A stretch of DNA of 38,916 nucleotides from Actinomycetota bacterium (GTDB lineage: Bacteria; Actinomycetota; Acidimicrobiia; Actinomarinales; Actinomarinaceae). The stretch is taken from NCBI GenBank assembly GCA_036163695.1, contig JAYZKG010000006.1, forward strand, positions 1 through 38,916. The letters run 5' to 3'. The notes under the pieces are model-generated. The model was given only the letters and a program-made list of their open reading frames with translations. It was not told the DNA's origin and ran no database searches. The position numbers and the translations under genes are program-made. This document shows, piece after piece, positions 8,999 through 19,602 of the stretch (position 1 is its first letter; the number at the start of each line of letters is the position of its first letter).

Positions 8999-9613
8999 TT
9001 ACTTTGAATATAGCTCTACAATTAATTGCTCTTGAATTTGACTACTAACATCATTTCGTGATGGCATAGATTCAATCAATACAACTTTTTTATCTGTGTC
9101 TACCTTTATCCATTCTGGTACTATTCTATCTTTTCCAGTGTCTATTGAATGCTGGATAGAAAGCATATTGATACTATTATCTTTTAATTCTAATTTGTCA
9201 CCAACTTTAACCTGTATAGATGGGATATCAACAAATTTTCCATTCAATTTGAAATGTCTATGGCTAACTAGCTGTCTAGCTTGGGGACGTGTTGATGCAA
9301 AGCCTGCACGATAAATAACATTATCGATTCTTGATTCTAATATTTGTAATAAATTCTCTCCCGTTATTCCTGGTTGTCGAGAAGCTTCCTTATAATAGTT
9401 GCGAAATTGCTTTTCAACTACACCATACATATAACGTACCTTCTGTTTTTCTTTGAGCTGAGTTCCATAATCAGTTTCTCGCATTCTTTTCCTACCATTC
9501 TCTCCAGGAGGGTAGGGTCTGTCTTGTAATGCCTTGTCTCCCTTCTTGTTCTCGAAAACATTAAAACCTAATCTGCGAGCTATCCTATTTCTTGGTCCTG
9601 TATACCTACTCAT
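8999..9613 (-). CDS. rpsD: 30S ribosomal protein S4 (no zinc-finger cysteines)
   Basis: MSRYTGP, QLKEKQK, LESRIDN..ARQLVSH and IVELYSK. Confidence 0.97.
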   Translation of the reverse strand: MSRYTGPRNRIARRLGFNVFENKKGDKALQDRPYPPGENGRKRMRETDYGTQLKEKQKVRYMYGVVEKQFRNYYKEASRQPGITGENLLQILESRIDNVIYRAGFASTRPQARQLVSHRHFKLNGKFVDIPSIQVKVGDKLELKDNSINMLSIQHSIDTGKDRIVPEWIKVDTDKKVVLIESMPSRNDVSSQIQEQLIVELYSK

Positions 9614-9615
9614 AT

Positions 9616-10005
9616 CTATCCTCTTTTTCTCTTTTTTGGCCTACAGCCATTATGAGGTGTCGGGGTAACATCCTTTATAGCTCCAACATCCATTCCCATA
9701 TTTTGTAAGGTCCTTACAGCCGTCTCTCTACCTGCTCCTGTTCCACTAATTATTATTTCTAATTTATGAACACCGAACTCAATGGCTCTCCTAGCAGCCT
9801 CTTCTGCAGCTACTTGGGCTGCATACGGTGTAGACTTCCTAGCTCCTTTGAAGCCGACCGAACCTCCTGATGTCCATACAATAGTTTCTCCGTTTGGATC
9901 GGTTATATTAATAATCGTATTATTAAAGCTTGCTTTTATGTGAGCCACTGCATTGGAGACAGTCTTCTTATTTTTTTTCTTAGATCTTTGTTTATTTTCA
10001 ACCAC
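9616..10005 (-). CDS. rpsK: 30S ribosomal protein S11
   Basis: [15 protein letters not shown] and [12 protein letters not shown]; GTG start. Confidence 0.98.
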   Translation of the reverse strand: MVENKQRSKKKNKKTVSNAVAHIKASFNNTIINITDPNGETIVWTSGGSVGFKGARKSTPYAAQVAAEEAARRAIEFGVHKLEIIISGTGAGRETAVRTLQNMGMDVGAIKDVTPTPHNGCRPKKRKRG

Positions 10006-10382
10006 TACTTAAGTACTTTCTTCTTTCCTGCAATTGCAAACCTAGGACCTTTTCTTGTTCTAGCATTTGTATGAGTTCTTTGACCTCTTACTGGAAGTCC
10101 CAGCCTATGTCTAGAACCTTGGTAAGACCCTATCTCTGTCTTTCTTCTAATGTTTTGCGAGACATCCCTTCTTAGGTCACCTTCAACCCTGTAGTTTGCC
10201 TCTATGTATTTTCTTATTTTTGCAACTTCATCATTAGTAAGGTTTGTAACACGTGTTGCTGGATCAATATTTAGATGATTACATATGTCACTAGCTCTTT
10301 TTGAACCTATACCATGAATATACCTGAGAGAAGCTTCAACTCTCTTTTCTCTAGGTATGTCTATACCAGCTATTCTAGCCAT
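10005..10382 (-). CDS. rpsM: 30S ribosomal protein S13
   Basis: [10 protein letters not shown] and [18 protein letters not shown]. Confidence 0.98.
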   Translation of the reverse strand: MARIAGIDIPREKRVEASLRYIHGIGSKRASDICNHLNIDPATRVTNLTNDEVAKIRKYIEANYRVEGDLRRDVSQNIRRKTEIGSYQGSRHRLGLPVRGQRTHTNARTRKGPRFAIAGKKKVLK

Positions 10383-10388
10383 TAAGTA

Positions 10389-10505
10389 TTAACCCTGCCT
10401 TTGCTTGTTCCTAGGATTTCTTTTATTGATCACGTAAAGCTTTCCCTTCCTACGAACTATCTGATCATTAGGTCCACGTTTTTTTATACTTGATTTTACT
10501 TTCAT
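10389..10505 (-). CDS. rpmJ: 50S ribosomal protein L36, zinc-independent (C-) type, 38 aa
   Basis: Manual translation: [38 protein letters not shown]. Lies between infA and rpsM; not in the ORF track. Confidence 0.96.
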   Translation of the reverse strand: MKVKSSIKKRGPNDQIVRRKGKLYVINKRNPRNKQRQG

Positions 10506-10726
10506 TTATGTCTCCAGACTATCCTACCCTTTGAGGGGTCATATGGTGAGATTTCCATTTCAACTGTATCTCCAGGTAATATTCTTATATATTTCATCCT
10601 CATTTTTCCCGAAACATGTGCCAAAATTTCAATTCCACTTTCAAGCTCAACCTTAAAAAAAGCATTTGGGAGTGTTTCTTTAACAGTTCCCTGAACTTTA
10701 ATGATATTCTTCTCTTTTTCTACCAA
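10502..10726 (-). CDS. infA: translation initiation factor IF-1
   Basis: [30 protein letters not shown]; TTG start. Confidence 0.97.
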   Translation of the reverse strand: MVEKEKNIIKVQGTVKETLPNAFFKVELESGIEILAHVSGKMRMKYIRILPGDTVEMEISPYDPSKGRIVWRHK

Positions 10727-10772
10727 ACTTTACCTATTTAACAACCGATATACCAGACTAGTGTGATTAGAA

Positions 10773-10781
10773 ATTATAACA
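10773..10781 (-). promoter_or_regulatory. putative extended -10 promoter (TGTTATAAT) for infA-rpmJ-alpha operon
   Basis: TGn-TATAAT on the minus strand in the 77-bp map-infA gap. Confidence 0.6.
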
Positions 10782-10803
10782 AATATATTTTGAGATAAGA
10801 TTA

Positions 10804-11544
10804 TCATGTAAAAACAACCACCCCATCAGGAGTAAGTCCAATAGTATGCTCGAAATGAGCGGAAAGACTACCGTCTTTAGTCTTTACAGTCCAGTCATCT
10901 TTTTCAACATATGTCTCTGGAGAACCTATGTTAAACATTGGTTCTATGCATATAGCCATTCCTTTTTTTAACTTAATACCTTTCCCTTTTTCCCCATAAT
11001 TTAAGACATTTGGCTCTTCGTGCATTTCAAAACCAATTCCATGTCCTATGTATTCTTTTACAACCCCATAGGATTTTTTTTCTCCAATAGAGTTAATTTT
11101 CTCTCCAATAGTTCCTAATGCCTGCCCATCTTCAACTAAATTTATTGCTTCTAGTAAGGCTGATTCCGTTGTCTCAATCAATTTTTTTGCCTCATTCGAT
11201 ATATTTCCAATACCATATGTGGTTGCAGCATCTGCATGTAGTCCGCTATACACAGCACCTACATCTATAGACAGAATGTCTCCATCTTTAAGTCTGTAGT
11301 CTGAAGGTATACCATGAACAACTACATCATTTGGAGATGCACAAATATAAGAAGGATAGCCTCTGTATTGATAGAAGTTTGATTGACATTGTGAGATTTC
11401 AATTATTTTTTGTGCTATTAAATCCAACTCTTTTAAGGAAGTTCCTTCTGTTGCGTTATTACGAATTTCTTCATGAATACTTTTTACTACTTTTCCTGCT
11501 TTAGACATGTTCAGAAAGTCTTCCTTAGATTTGTAGGTAATCAT
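10804..11544 (-). CDS. map: methionine aminopeptidase type I
   Basis: VVHGIP, IDVG..HAD, GHGIG..HEEP, IEPM and SAHFEHT metal ligands. Confidence 0.97.
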   Translation of the reverse strand: MITYKSKEDFLNMSKAGKVVKSIHEEIRNNATEGTSLKELDLIAQKIIEISQCQSNFYQYRGYPSYICASPNDVVVHGIPSDYRLKDGDILSIDVGAVYSGLHADAATTYGIGNISNEAKKLIETTESALLEAINLVEDGQALGTIGEKINSIGEKKSYGVVKEYIGHGIGFEMHEEPNVLNYGEKGKGIKLKKGMAICIEPMFNIGSPETYVEKDDWTVKTKDGSLSAHFEHTIGLTPDGVVVFT

Positions 11545-12101
11545 ATTAAATAAGGCTCTAGCTTCATTCTTAAATCGCTATATATATCTTCTTCTTCTCC
11601 TACCCCATCAATCTTAATTAAATTATCACCTGCATAAAATGAAATTAGGGGAGAGACTTCTTTCTCATAAACTTCAAATCTTTGCTTTATGGTATCTTCT
11701 GTATCATCAGTCCTTCCTCTGCTTAACATTCTTTCAATTAATATTGGTTCAGGAACTTCAAAAACAACTACTACGCTAATTCGAATTTCATTTCCTATAT
11801 CTTGTAAGCTCTCGGCTTGTGGAATAGTGCGAGGAAATCCATCAAGTATAGCTCCTTTCTTTGCATCTTCTTCCTTTAGTCTCTCCTGAAGCATTGATAT
11901 AACAAGATTGTCTGAAACTAAGTCTCCTCGTTCCAATATATCTTTTGCAATTAGACCGAGCTCAGTTTCATTCTCAACATGATCCCTAAGCATCACCCCT
12001 GTAGAAATATGAGCTAATGATTTAAGTTCTGAATATTTTTCTGCTTGAGTTCCTTTTCCTGCACCAGGAGGTCCTAGGAAAATAATTAATCCCTGACTCA
12101 A
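11541..12101 (-). CDS. adk: adenylate kinase (short LID)
   Basis: GPPGAGKGT, LDGFPRT and short-LID RGRTDD. Confidence 0.97.
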   Translation of the reverse strand: MSQGLIIFLGPPGAGKGTQAEKYSELKSLAHISTGVMLRDHVENETELGLIAKDILERGDLVSDNLVISMLQERLKEEDAKKGAILDGFPRTIPQAESLQDIGNEIRISVVVVFEVPEPILIERMLSRGRTDDTEDTIKQRFEVYEKEVSPLISFYAGDNLIKIDGVGEEEDIYSDLRMKLEPYLI

Positions 12102-13411
12102 TCAATAAATCCTTCGTAATTCCTCATGCTGAGTTGGCTCTCTACTTGCTTCATTGTTTCAAGAGCTACTCCTACAGTTATTAATATAGAGATCCCACTA
12201 AATCCAAGTGGTATGTCCCAAATTGCAGAAGCGATTGATGGCAAGACTGCAACGGAAGCCAAGAAAACAGATCCGGGTAATGTAATCCTACTTAAAATAT
12301 GTGAGAGGTATGTAGTTGTTGAAGTTCCAGGTCTAACTCCAGGGATGAACCCTCCTTGCCTACGAATCATGTCAGATTGTCTAACTGGATCAAATTGGAT
12401 TGTAGTATAAAAATAAGTAAAAAATATAATCAACATACCAAGAAAGAATATATAGAACCAACTTGTTCCTTCAGAGTTTCCAATATTTACATCTATCCAA
12501 TTACGTATCGCTGCAGTAATATTGTTGTCTTGCGGTAGCGATGTTGCAATAAGAGCAGGGAAGAATAAAACACTGGTTGCAAATATAACCGGTATAACTC
12601 CTGCACTGTTAACTTTTAGAGGGATGTAGGTACTCTGACCTCCTAAAACCTTTCTTCCTCTAACTCTTTTAGCAAACTGAATAGGTATCCTTCTTTGACC
12701 TTGTTCAACATATATTATGCCAATAATCATAAGTAAGAACATTATGACTAGGAAGATAAATTGACCCAATTTTCCATTTCCAGCAGTAACCTGATATGCA
12801 CCCCCAAAACTAGCTGGCAGCTGGCTAACAATACTTGCAAAAATAATTAAAGACATGCCATTGCCAATCCCTCTTTGGGTAATAAGTTCACCAAGCCACA
12901 TAATAAATGCTGTTCCTGCAGTCATAGTAAGCACTATAAGGCCCACTCTTGAAGGGGTGTAGTTGGGGATAAGGCTTAGTCCCCCTGTTAAAGTTCCCCT
13001 TGAAAATAAATAGGTTAACCCGGTAGATTGTAATAGCGCTAAAACAACTGTTATATAGCGGGTCCACTGAGTTATAACTTGTCTTCCAGACTCTCCTTCT
13101 TCTTGTAATTTTTGCAATTTAGGGACTACAACAGTTAATAGTTGGAGAATGATGCTAGAGGTAATGTAAGGCATTATACCTAAAGAGAAAACTGAAAATG
13201 TCTCTAATGCTCCGCCAGAAAATAGATTCAATAATCCATAAAGACCTGCTTGAGTACCAGAATCTGTTAGTCTTTGAACTTGGTCTAGGTCTACTCCAGG
13301 TACAGGAACAGAAGCTCCTAATCTATATACGGCAAAAATAAAAAGAGTGAAGATAATCCTCTTCCTCAGGTCTTTAATTTTAAACATATAGCGGAAAACT
13401 GATAACTGCAT
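12098..13411 (-). CDS. secY: preprotein translocase subunit SecY
   Basis: FSLGIMPYITSSI, GIGNGMSLIIF, PLKVNSAGVIPVIFA and IPGVRPG. Confidence 0.98.
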   Translation of the reverse strand: MQLSVFRYMFKIKDLRKRIIFTLFIFAVYRLGASVPVPGVDLDQVQRLTDSGTQAGLYGLLNLFSGGALETFSVFSLGIMPYITSSIILQLLTVVVPKLQKLQEEGESGRQVITQWTRYITVVLALLQSTGLTYLFSRGTLTGGLSLIPNYTPSRVGLIVLTMTAGTAFIMWLGELITQRGIGNGMSLIIFASIVSQLPASFGGAYQVTAGNGKLGQFIFLVIMFLLMIIGIIYVEQGQRRIPIQFAKRVRGRKVLGGQSTYIPLKVNSAGVIPVIFATSVLFFPALIATSLPQDNNITAAIRNWIDVNIGNSEGTSWFYIFFLGMLIIFFTYFYTTIQFDPVRQSDMIRRQGGFIPGVRPGTSTTTYLSHILSRITLPGSVFLASVAVLPSIASAIWDIPLGFSGISILITVGVALETMKQVESQLSMRNYEGFID

Positions 13412-13421
13412 GGCTAATTAC

Positions 13422-13868
13422 TCATCCTATAATCTCTACTGACCCACCAGCATCTTCAATCTTCTTTTTTGCATTACCACTTATTGCATTAATTTTTACC
13501 TGTAATGGGGTCTTGACCTCACCTTCACCTAAAATCTTGATTAAACCTTTTTTCTTTGTTAAACCCTTTTCCCTTAAGGTATCAGGACTTATTACTCCTT
13601 CCCAATCTTTTTTGACAATATCGCTTAAGTTAACTACTGAATAAGACATTTTGGGGTTATTCTTCAAGCCCTTTAATTTTGGCAATCTCATATATAGTGG
13701 AGTCTGACCTCCTTCAAACCTTGTTGGTACAGTTCCTCGAGCACCAGTTCCTTTTGTGCCCCTTCCGGCGGTTTTACCTCTACGTCCTCCTTCACCACGA
13801 CCAACTCTGATTTTTTTTGATTTAGATCCTTCAGATGGCCTCAGATGGTGAAATTGCATTTTTTTCAT
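13422..13868 (-). CDS. rplO: 50S ribosomal protein L15
   Basis: RVGRG..GKTAGRGTKG and FEGGQTPL; the start could be 13859. Confidence 0.97.
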   Translation of the reverse strand: MKKMQFHHLRPSEGSKSKKIRVGRGEGGRRGKTAGRGTKGTGARGTVPTRFEGGQTPLYMRLPKLKGLKNNPKMSYSVVNLSDIVKKDWEGVISPDTLREKGLTKKKGLIKILGEGEVKTPLQVKINAISGNAKKKIEDAGGSVEIIG

Positions 13869-13870
13869 TA

Positions 13871-14053
13871 TTACTCTACTTCTTCTATATCAACTAAGTG
13901 GTCTATCTTTCTTATCATACCAAGTAAAGTGTCGTCAACATCACGAATTGTATTAGAATTAATTTTTTTTAACCCTAGAGAAAAGACTGTATTTTTCGTT
14001 TTACTTTTTTCACCTATCAAGCTTTTTTTTAATGTAATTTTAATTTTTTTCAT
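13871..14053 (-). CDS. rpmD: 50S ribosomal protein L30
   Basis: [24 protein letters not shown]; position between rpsE and rplO. Confidence 0.94.
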   Translation of the reverse strand: MKKIKITLKKSLIGEKSKTKNTVFSLGLKKINSNTIRDVDDTLLGMIRKIDHLVDIEEVE

Positions 14054-14606
14054 TTTCTTCTACTACTTTTACTTTCCTTGCAGACTTGGTTGATTCATAT
14101 GCCCTAATCAACCCTGGAGGGGAAACTTCTTCTTGTTTCTTCCCTCTAATTTTTGCAACACTTTCAGGAGTCCTTTGTTCAAGTAGTCCATTGAGCGTAG
14201 CTTTAGCAACATTTAAATGTGTTGGAGACCCTAATGATTTTGCTAGAATATCTTTTATCCCAGCAGCTTCTAAAACTTGCCTTGCAGCTCCCCCGGCTAT
14301 AACTCCAGTTCCTGGTGCAGCTGGTTTAAGTAGGACTTCCGAAGCTCCATGGTATCCAGTTATTGTATGGACTATAGTGGACCCTGCCATTGAAATCGTA
14401 TGCATTTCTTTCTTTGCGTTCTCAATTGCTTTCTGTATAGCAAGAGGAACTTCCTTCCCTTTACCATATCCGATACCTACATTCCCATCTCCATCACCAA
14501 CAGCAACGAGAGCTGTGAAAGCAAAGTTTCTGCCCCCTTTAACAACTTTAGCTACCCTATTGATGTGGATAACTCTCTCTTGATATATTGTTTGTTCGTT
14601 CGTCAA
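14040..14606 (-). CDS. rpsE: 30S ribosomal protein S5
   Basis: [12 protein letters not shown] and [12 protein letters not shown]; TTG start. Confidence 0.98.
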   Translation of the reverse strand: MTNEQTIYQERVIHINRVAKVVKGGRNFAFTALVAVGDGDGNVGIGYGKGKEVPLAIQKAIENAKKEMHTISMAGSTIVHTITGYHGASEVLLKPAAPGTGVIAGGAARQVLEAAGIKDILAKSLGSPTHLNVAKATLNGLLEQRTPESVAKIRGKKQEEVSPPGLIRAYESTKSARKVKVVEENEKN

Positions 14607-14956
14607 AAATTAATTCCCTTCTCTCTGATACCATCTGCTAGCGCCTTAACCTGCCCATGGTAAATGTAGCCTCCTCTATCAAACACGGCTTTAGTTACTC
14701 CAATCTTTACTAGCTCATCTCCTAAAATCGAACCAACTTCCTTAGCAATGTCAACGGTTGTAGAGTTCCCTTTAAATTGTTCATCTAATGAGCTTGCTTG
14801 AGCTATTGTTTTCCCATCTAAATCATTAACTGCTTGAACATAGATATTCTTATTACTTCTAAATACTGCAATTCTTGGTGTCTCATTAGTTCCATGAATA
14901 TCTTTACGAATTCTAATTTTTCTTTTCTGCCTAGGGTTTTTATGTTTTACTTTCAA
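14603..14956 (-). CDS. rplR: 50S ribosomal protein L18
   Basis: [13 protein letters not shown] and [16 protein letters not shown]; TTG at 14956, just after the rplF stop, preferred to the track start 14983. Confidence 0.95.
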   Translation of the reverse strand: MKVKHKNPRQKRKIRIRKDIHGTNETPRIAVFRSNKNIYVQAVNDLDGKTIAQASSLDEQFKGNSTTVDIAKEVGSILGDELVKIGVTKAVFDRGGYIYHGQVKALADGIREKGINF

Positions 14957-14957
14957 C

Positions 14958-15515
14958 CTACACCCCTGCGCCTTCTGCTCCAACAGCTGCTTTTCCTGCT
15001 TTTCTTCTTACATATTCATCTACATATCTTATTCCCTTACCTTTATATGGCTCTGGTGGTTTTATAGCCCTAATATTTGCTGCAACTTGGCCAACTAAAC
15101 CTTTATCTACTCCTTCTACAATTATTGAGTTCTGATCGGGGACCTTGATTTCAACACCTTCTATTCCTTTAAATATTACAGGGTGTGAAAATCCAACCAT
15201 TAATTCTAAATCTTTTCCTTTCATTGTTGCTTTAAAGCCGACACCTTGAAGTTCCAATGATTTACTAAACCCCTCTGTTACTCCAACTATATTGTTATAA
15301 ATTAGAGATCTATAAAGACCGTGGAGACCTTTTACCTCTGGTTCATCACTATCTCTACTAAGTGAAATTATGTTAGTGTCAAAATTAACATTTATTCGAT
15401 TATCAATGGAAGTTGTTATTGACCCTTTGGGGCCTTTGATTGATACATCCTGTTCTAAAATAGTAACTTCTATATTGTCTGGAACTTCTATTGGTTTATA
15501 TCCTATTCTGCTCAT
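14958..15515 (-). CDS. rplF: 50S ribosomal protein L6
   Basis: MSRIG start (ATGA overlap with rpsH) and PEPYKGKGIRY. Confidence 0.97.
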   Translation of the reverse strand: MSRIGYKPIEVPDNIEVTILEQDVSIKGPKGSITTSIDNRINVNFDTNIISLSRDSDEPEVKGLHGLYRSLIYNNIVGVTEGFSKSLELQGVGFKATMKGKDLELMVGFSHPVIFKGIEGVEIKVPDQNSIIVEGVDKGLVGQVAANIRAIKPPEPYKGKGIRYVDEYVRRKAGKAAVGAEGAGV

Positions 15516-15910
15516 GACCAAATCTCACAAATTAACTCTCCACCAAGTTTTCTTTTCCGTGCTTCAGAATCAGAAAGAAGCCCTCTAGATGTAGAGACAA
15601 CAACTGTTCCCAGCCCTCCCATGCTCCTTGGAATGAGGGCTGACTCCATGTAAACTCTCTTGCCTGGCTTTGAGACACGTTTCATTCCTGCAATAACAGG
15701 TGAACCTTCCTCTGTATATTTCAGTTCAATATTTATACTTTTGGTTTGGTTTTTACCATCAATTTTATATCCAGATAAATAGCCTTCATTAACTAATAGA
15801 TCTGTGAGTTTTTCTTTTAACTTAGAATGTGGAATACTAACATACTCTTTATCAACAGCACATGCATTTCGTATTTGGGTCAAAAAATCTGATACAGGAT
15901 CTGATTGCAT
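15512..15910 (-). CDS. rpsH: 30S ribosomal protein S8
   Basis: DPVSDFLTQIRNA, SKPGKRVY, STSRG and GGELIC. Confidence 0.97.
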   Translation of the reverse strand: MQSDPVSDFLTQIRNACAVDKEYVSIPHSKLKEKLTDLLVNEGYLSGYKIDGKNQTKSINIELKYTEEGSPVIAGMKRVSKPGKRVYMESALIPRSMGGLGTVVVSTSRGLLSDSEARKRKLGGELICEIWS

Positions 15911-15916
15911 ACTAAA

Positions 15917-16222
15917 TCACCAAGAGGCTTTCTTAATTCCTGGAAGCTCTCCCTTCAAAGCGAGCTCTCTCATAACATTTCTGCACATACCAAACTTCCT
16001 TAAATTACCTCTAGCTCTGCCTGTTATTTCACACCTGTTCCTATACCTAGTTGCTGAAGCATCTCTAGGCATTTTAGCTATCTTTTTTTGTGCTTCTCTC
16101 TTCTCTTCATAGGTAGCCTCTGGATCTTTAATTATTGAAATAAGTTCTCTCCTTGCATCAGCGTAAAAGAGCACCTTTTCTGCTCTCTGGTTATTTTTTG
16201 CTATTTTACTTTTTTTTGCCAT
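15917..16222 (-). CDS. rpsN: 30S ribosomal protein S14, long (101 aa) zinc-independent type
   Basis: [28 protein letters not shown]; no CxxC pairs. Confidence 0.97.
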   Translation of the reverse strand: MAKKSKIAKNNQRAEKVLFYADARRELISIIKDPEATYEEKREAQKKIAKMPRDASATRYRNRCEITGRARGNLRKFGMCRNVMRELALKGELPGIKKASW

Positions 16223-16224
16223 AT

Positions 16225-16770
16225 TTAACTTTCTCCAAATGGAAAACCCAAAGACTGTAACAATACTAACCCTGACTCGTTGTCTATTGCAGTAGTACAG
16301 ATAGTTATGTTCATGCCTCTTATGTCTCTTACTTTATCATATTCAACTTCTGGAAAAACAAGTTGTTCATTGAGCCCTAGGGTATAATTTCCTTTGCCAT
16401 CAAATGATTTTTTTGAGAAACCTCTAAAGTCTCTAATCCTTGGAACAGCTACTTGAACAAATCTATCGTAAAATTCCCACATTCTATCTCCTCTTAGGGT
16501 TACAGAAACCCCAACCGGCATTCCTTCTCTAATCTTAAATCCAGCTATTGATTTCTTTGCTCTTCTTACAACAGGTTTCTGTCCAGATATTGCAGTTAGC
16601 TCATCAACCATTGACTCTAGTGCTCTCCCGTCAGTTGATGCCTTCCCGTCTCCTATGTTGATAATTATTTTTTCCAAATTTGGAATTTCGTGAATATTCT
16701 TCAATTTAAGAGACTCTTTTATCTCTAGTTTTATTTCATTATCAAATTTTTCTTTCATCCTGGGGGTCAT
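16225..16770 (-). CDS. rplE: 50S ribosomal protein L5
   Basis: [26 protein letters not shown] and FDGKGNY. Confidence 0.98.
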   Translation of the reverse strand: MTPRMKEKFDNEIKLEIKESLKLKNIHEIPNLEKIIINIGDGKASTDGRALESMVDELTAISGQKPVVRRAKKSIAGFKIREGMPVGVSVTLRGDRMWEFYDRFVQVAVPRIRDFRGFSKKSFDGKGNYTLGLNEQLVFPEVEYDKVRDIRGMNITICTTAIDNESGLVLLQSLGFPFGES

Positions 16771-17069
16771 ACTTCATCACCTGTCTTTGATAGAACTCTA
16801 TACTTTTGACCAGCCTTATCAAATTTATAAGACACTCTCCCAGATTTATTTTTTACCACAATTGCTACATTAGATATGTGTATTGGCATCGTTTTATCAA
16901 TAACTCCTCCCTGCATTGTTTGCCCTTGAGGCTTTTGATGTTTCTTGACTATATTTATTCCTTCAACTAAAACCTGGTTCTTTTTAGGGAGGACTTTTAA
17001 GACCTTCCCTTCTTTGCCTATATCTTTTCCTGATATAACCTTCACTGTATCTCCCTTGATTATCTTCAT
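16767..17069 (-). CDS. rplX: 50S ribosomal protein L24
   Basis: KOW motif [12 protein letters not shown] and PIHISNV. Confidence 0.97.
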   Translation of the reverse strand: MKIIKGDTVKVISGKDIGKEGKVLKVLPKKNQVLVEGINIVKKHQKPQGQTMQGGVIDKTMPIHISNVAIVVKNKSGRVSYKFDKAGQKYRVLSKTGDEV

Positions 17070-17437
17070 TAGAGTACCTCGGGAGCTAAAGAAACAATTC
17101 TCATAAATTTCTTTTCTCTCAGCTCTCTGCCAACAGGGCCAAAAATCCTCGTCCCTCTAGGCTGATCCTGATCATTTAATAAAACACATGCATTTTCATC
17201 AAATCTAATATAAGTACCGTCATCTCTGCGGATTTCTTTCTTTGTACGGACAAGTACTGCAGATACAATATCTCCTTTTTTTATTTCTCCACCTGGGCTT
17301 ACTTCTTTAACTGTTGCCACAAAAGTATCGCCGAGGCTTGCATATCTCCTCCTAGAGCTTCCCTTTACTTTTATACATAAGAGTTCTTTTGCGCCCGAAT
17401 TGTCAGCAACTTTAACTCTTGATTCTTTTTGAATCAT
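17069..17437 (-). CDS. rplN: 50S ribosomal protein L14
   Basis: [16 protein letters not shown] and SLAPEVL. Confidence 0.98.
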   Translation of the reverse strand: MIQKESRVKVADNSGAKELLCIKVKGSSRRRYASLGDTFVATVKEVSPGGEIKKGDIVSAVLVRTKKEIRRDDGTYIRFDENACVLLNDQDQPRGTRIFGPVGRELREKKFMRIVSLAPEVL

Positions 17438-17694
17438 TTTGCCCTCTCAATAACTTCAGTAATTCTCCACCTTTTCATTTTAGATATAGGTTTAGTTTCC
17501 ATTACCCTTACTGTGTCCCCAACTTTGGCATCAAAAGATTCGTCATGAGCATATAGTTTTTTTGTTTTGCGAACTATCTTCCCATACTTAGGGTGTGGAA
17601 AAGATTGCTTAATAGCTACAGTTACAGTTTTTTCTCTCTTGTCAGAAACGACTACTCCTGTCCTGCTTTTCCTTCTATTTCTTTCTTGAATCAT
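17434..17694 (-). CDS. rpsQ: 30S ribosomal protein S17
   Basis: GVVVSDK, HPKYGK and ETKPISK. Confidence 0.97.
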   Translation of the reverse strand: MIQERNRRKSRTGVVVSDKREKTVTVAIKQSFPHPKYGKIVRKTKKLYAHDESFDAKVGDTVRVMETKPISKMKRWRITEVIERAK

Positions 17695-17921
17695 TGCTGA
17701 ACCTCTGCATCTTCTTCTTGTTGAGAGCTTTTTGCAAGATTCTTTTCATTTAGTACAGTCATTGCCTGAGCAATCTGTTTTCTTATCTTGCTAAATACAG
17801 AAGTGTCCTCAAGCTGACTAGTTGCCATTAGGAATCGTGAATCCATCAGGTCTTTTTTCAAATCCCCAATTCTAATCTCTAATTCATCAGGGGTTAGCTC
17901 TCTTAATTCATCAATATTCAT
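17691..17921 (-). CDS. rpmC: 50S ribosomal protein L29
   Basis: ELREL..EL, RF..ATSQL and IRKQIAQ; synteny. Confidence 0.93.
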   Translation of the reverse strand: MNIDELRELTPDELEIRIGDLKKDLMDSRFLMATSQLEDTSVFSKIRKQIAQAMTVLNEKNLAKSSQQEEDAEVQQ

Positions 17922-18328
17922 ACATTCCTCGTAACAAATTTAGTAGCTATTGGGAGTTTATGTCCAGCTTTCCTCATTGCTTCCTTTGCAATATCTTCTG
18001 GAACACCAGAAATCTCAAACATAACTCTTCCTTTTTTTACTACAGCAACATAATATTCAACATTCCCTTTGCCAGAACCCATTCTCACCTCAGCTGGCTT
18101 TCTAGTAATTGGCTTATGAGGAAAAATATTAATCCAAACCTTCCCTCCTCTTTTCATAGTCCTAGTCATTGTTATCCTTGCTGCCTCAATCTGTCGTGCA
18201 GTTATGTAGGAAGATTCTAAAGCTTGTAAACCATAGTCTCCAAAAGCGACCTCTGTGCCTCCTCTAGACATCCCTCTACGTCTTCCTTTGAAGGCTTTTC
18301 TATACTTTGTTTTTTTTGGCATCAACAT
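17918..18328 (-). CDS. rplP: 50S ribosomal protein L16
   Basis: RQIEAAR, RMGSGKG and KLPI. Confidence 0.98.
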   Translation of the reverse strand: MLMPKKTKYRKAFKGRRRGMSRGGTEVAFGDYGLQALESSYITARQIEAARITMTRTMKRGGKVWINIFPHKPITRKPAEVRMGSGKGNVEYYVAVVKKGRVMFEISGVPEDIAKEAMRKAGHKLPIATKFVTRNV

Positions 18329-18333
18329 TTTAT

Positions 18334-19236
18334 CTATTCTTCTTCCAGTATCTTTTTTTCTTCGTCAAAACTGTCTTGAGCTACGTTTGGAGCTATCTTC
18401 TTTCCTCCACCAGCTTCAACTAGGTTCGAGTCTTGATCTTTTGGTAATACTTCAGACTTACTACCTCCACCTGCTTCTAGTATTTTTCCTTCTTTAGTTT
18501 CACCAACTGCAGCTTCTACTCTTGATTTTACTGACTTAACTCTAGTTGGCGCACCACTTCCTGATGCTAAAGCTGCTTCAGCAGATATCTTTTCTTGCCT
18601 TAATTTGTTTGAAGCTACAACGTCTCCTTTGTAAACCCATACTTTCACACCAATTGACCCTACTGTTGTTTTTGCTTCAGCAATACCAAAATCTATATCT
18701 GCTCTTAGTGTATGGAGTGGAACCCTTCCTTCTCTGTACCATTCACGCCTACTCATTTCAGCACCTCCGAGCCTCCCTGAGCATTCTACTCTTATCCCTT
18801 CTGCTCCTGCTTTAAGGGCAGAAGTGACAGCCCTCTTCATTGCTCTCCTAAATGCAACTCTACTCTCTAGCTGGTCAGCGACGGCTCTTGCAAGTAGCTG
18901 TGCATCCAGCTCCGCCTCTCTTACTTCAATAATATTAAGTTTGACCGGTTGGTTAGTTAGCTTCTCCAAGCCTTTACGAAGCCTATCAGCCTCCACTCCT
19001 TTTCTTCCAATTACTACTCCGGGCCTTGCAGTATGAATATCTACTTGGACCTTATCTCTAGTTCTTTCTATATCTATCCTAGATATCGCCCCTTTTAGTA
19101 ATTCAGACAATAAATATTCTCTTACTCTATAGTCTTCGTTTACCTGTCTTGTATATTCTTTTTCGCTAAACCAACGTGACTTCCAGTCATTTACTATTCC
19201 TATCCTAAATGCGTAAGGGTGTGTTTTCTGTCCCAT
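18334..19236 (-). CDS. rpsC: 30S ribosomal protein S3 with long C-terminal extension
   Basis: [27 protein letters not shown] and GVKVWVYKG, followed by roughly 95 extra residues. Confidence 0.98.
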   Translation of the reverse strand: MGQKTHPYAFRIGIVNDWKSRWFSEKEYTRQVNEDYRVREYLLSELLKGAISRIDIERTRDKVQVDIHTARPGVVIGRKGVEADRLRKGLEKLTNQPVKLNIIEVREAELDAQLLARAVADQLESRVAFRRAMKRAVTSALKAGAEGIRVECSGRLGGAEMSRREWYREGRVPLHTLRADIDFGIAEAKTTVGSIGVKVWVYKGDVVASNKLRQEKISAEAALASGSGAPTRVKSVKSRVEAAVGETKEGKILEAGGGSKSEVLPKDQDSNLVEAGGGKKIAPNVAQDSFDEEKKILEEE

Positions 19237-19245
19237 AATTATTAC

Positions 19246-19593
19246 CTAACCTTCTACTTCTGCTAGCTCTATAGTTACATGGCACATTCTTTTATTAATC
19301 CTAGAAGCACGCCCTCTTGCTCTTGGTCTAAATCGTTTAAGGGTTGGGCCCTCATCAGCAACTGCTGTTACTATATACAATTTTTCCACAGATAATCCGA
19401 AGTTATTTTCTGCATTAGAAACTGCACTATTTAATATTTTTAAGATTTCTTCTGCTGCTCTTCTTTTAGTAAATTTCAATATATTTATTGCCTCAACCAC
19501 TGGTTCATTACGTAACAAATCAAGAACTAGCCTAACTTTATATGGAGATTGCCTAATATATCTTCCTTTAGCTACTACTTTTATTGTTTCCAT
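19246..19593 (-). CDS. rplV: 50S ribosomal protein L22
   Basis: SPYKVRLV, SAVSNAENN and EGPTLKRFRPRARGRA. Confidence 0.98.
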   Translation of the reverse strand: METIKVVAKGRYIRQSPYKVRLVLDLLRNEPVVEAINILKFTKRRAAEEILKILNSAVSNAENNFGLSVEKLYIVTAVADEGPTLKRFRPRARGRASRINKRMCHVTIELAEVEG

Positions 19594-19602
19594 AAAATTT
19601 CC

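Noticed and set aside
14086-14583. 165-aa plus-strand ORF and the other plus-strand ORFs in the track (e.g. 35866-36273, 15804-16112, 12126-12410)
   Set aside because: Antisense shadows of conserved minus-strand genes, with no recognisable motifs.
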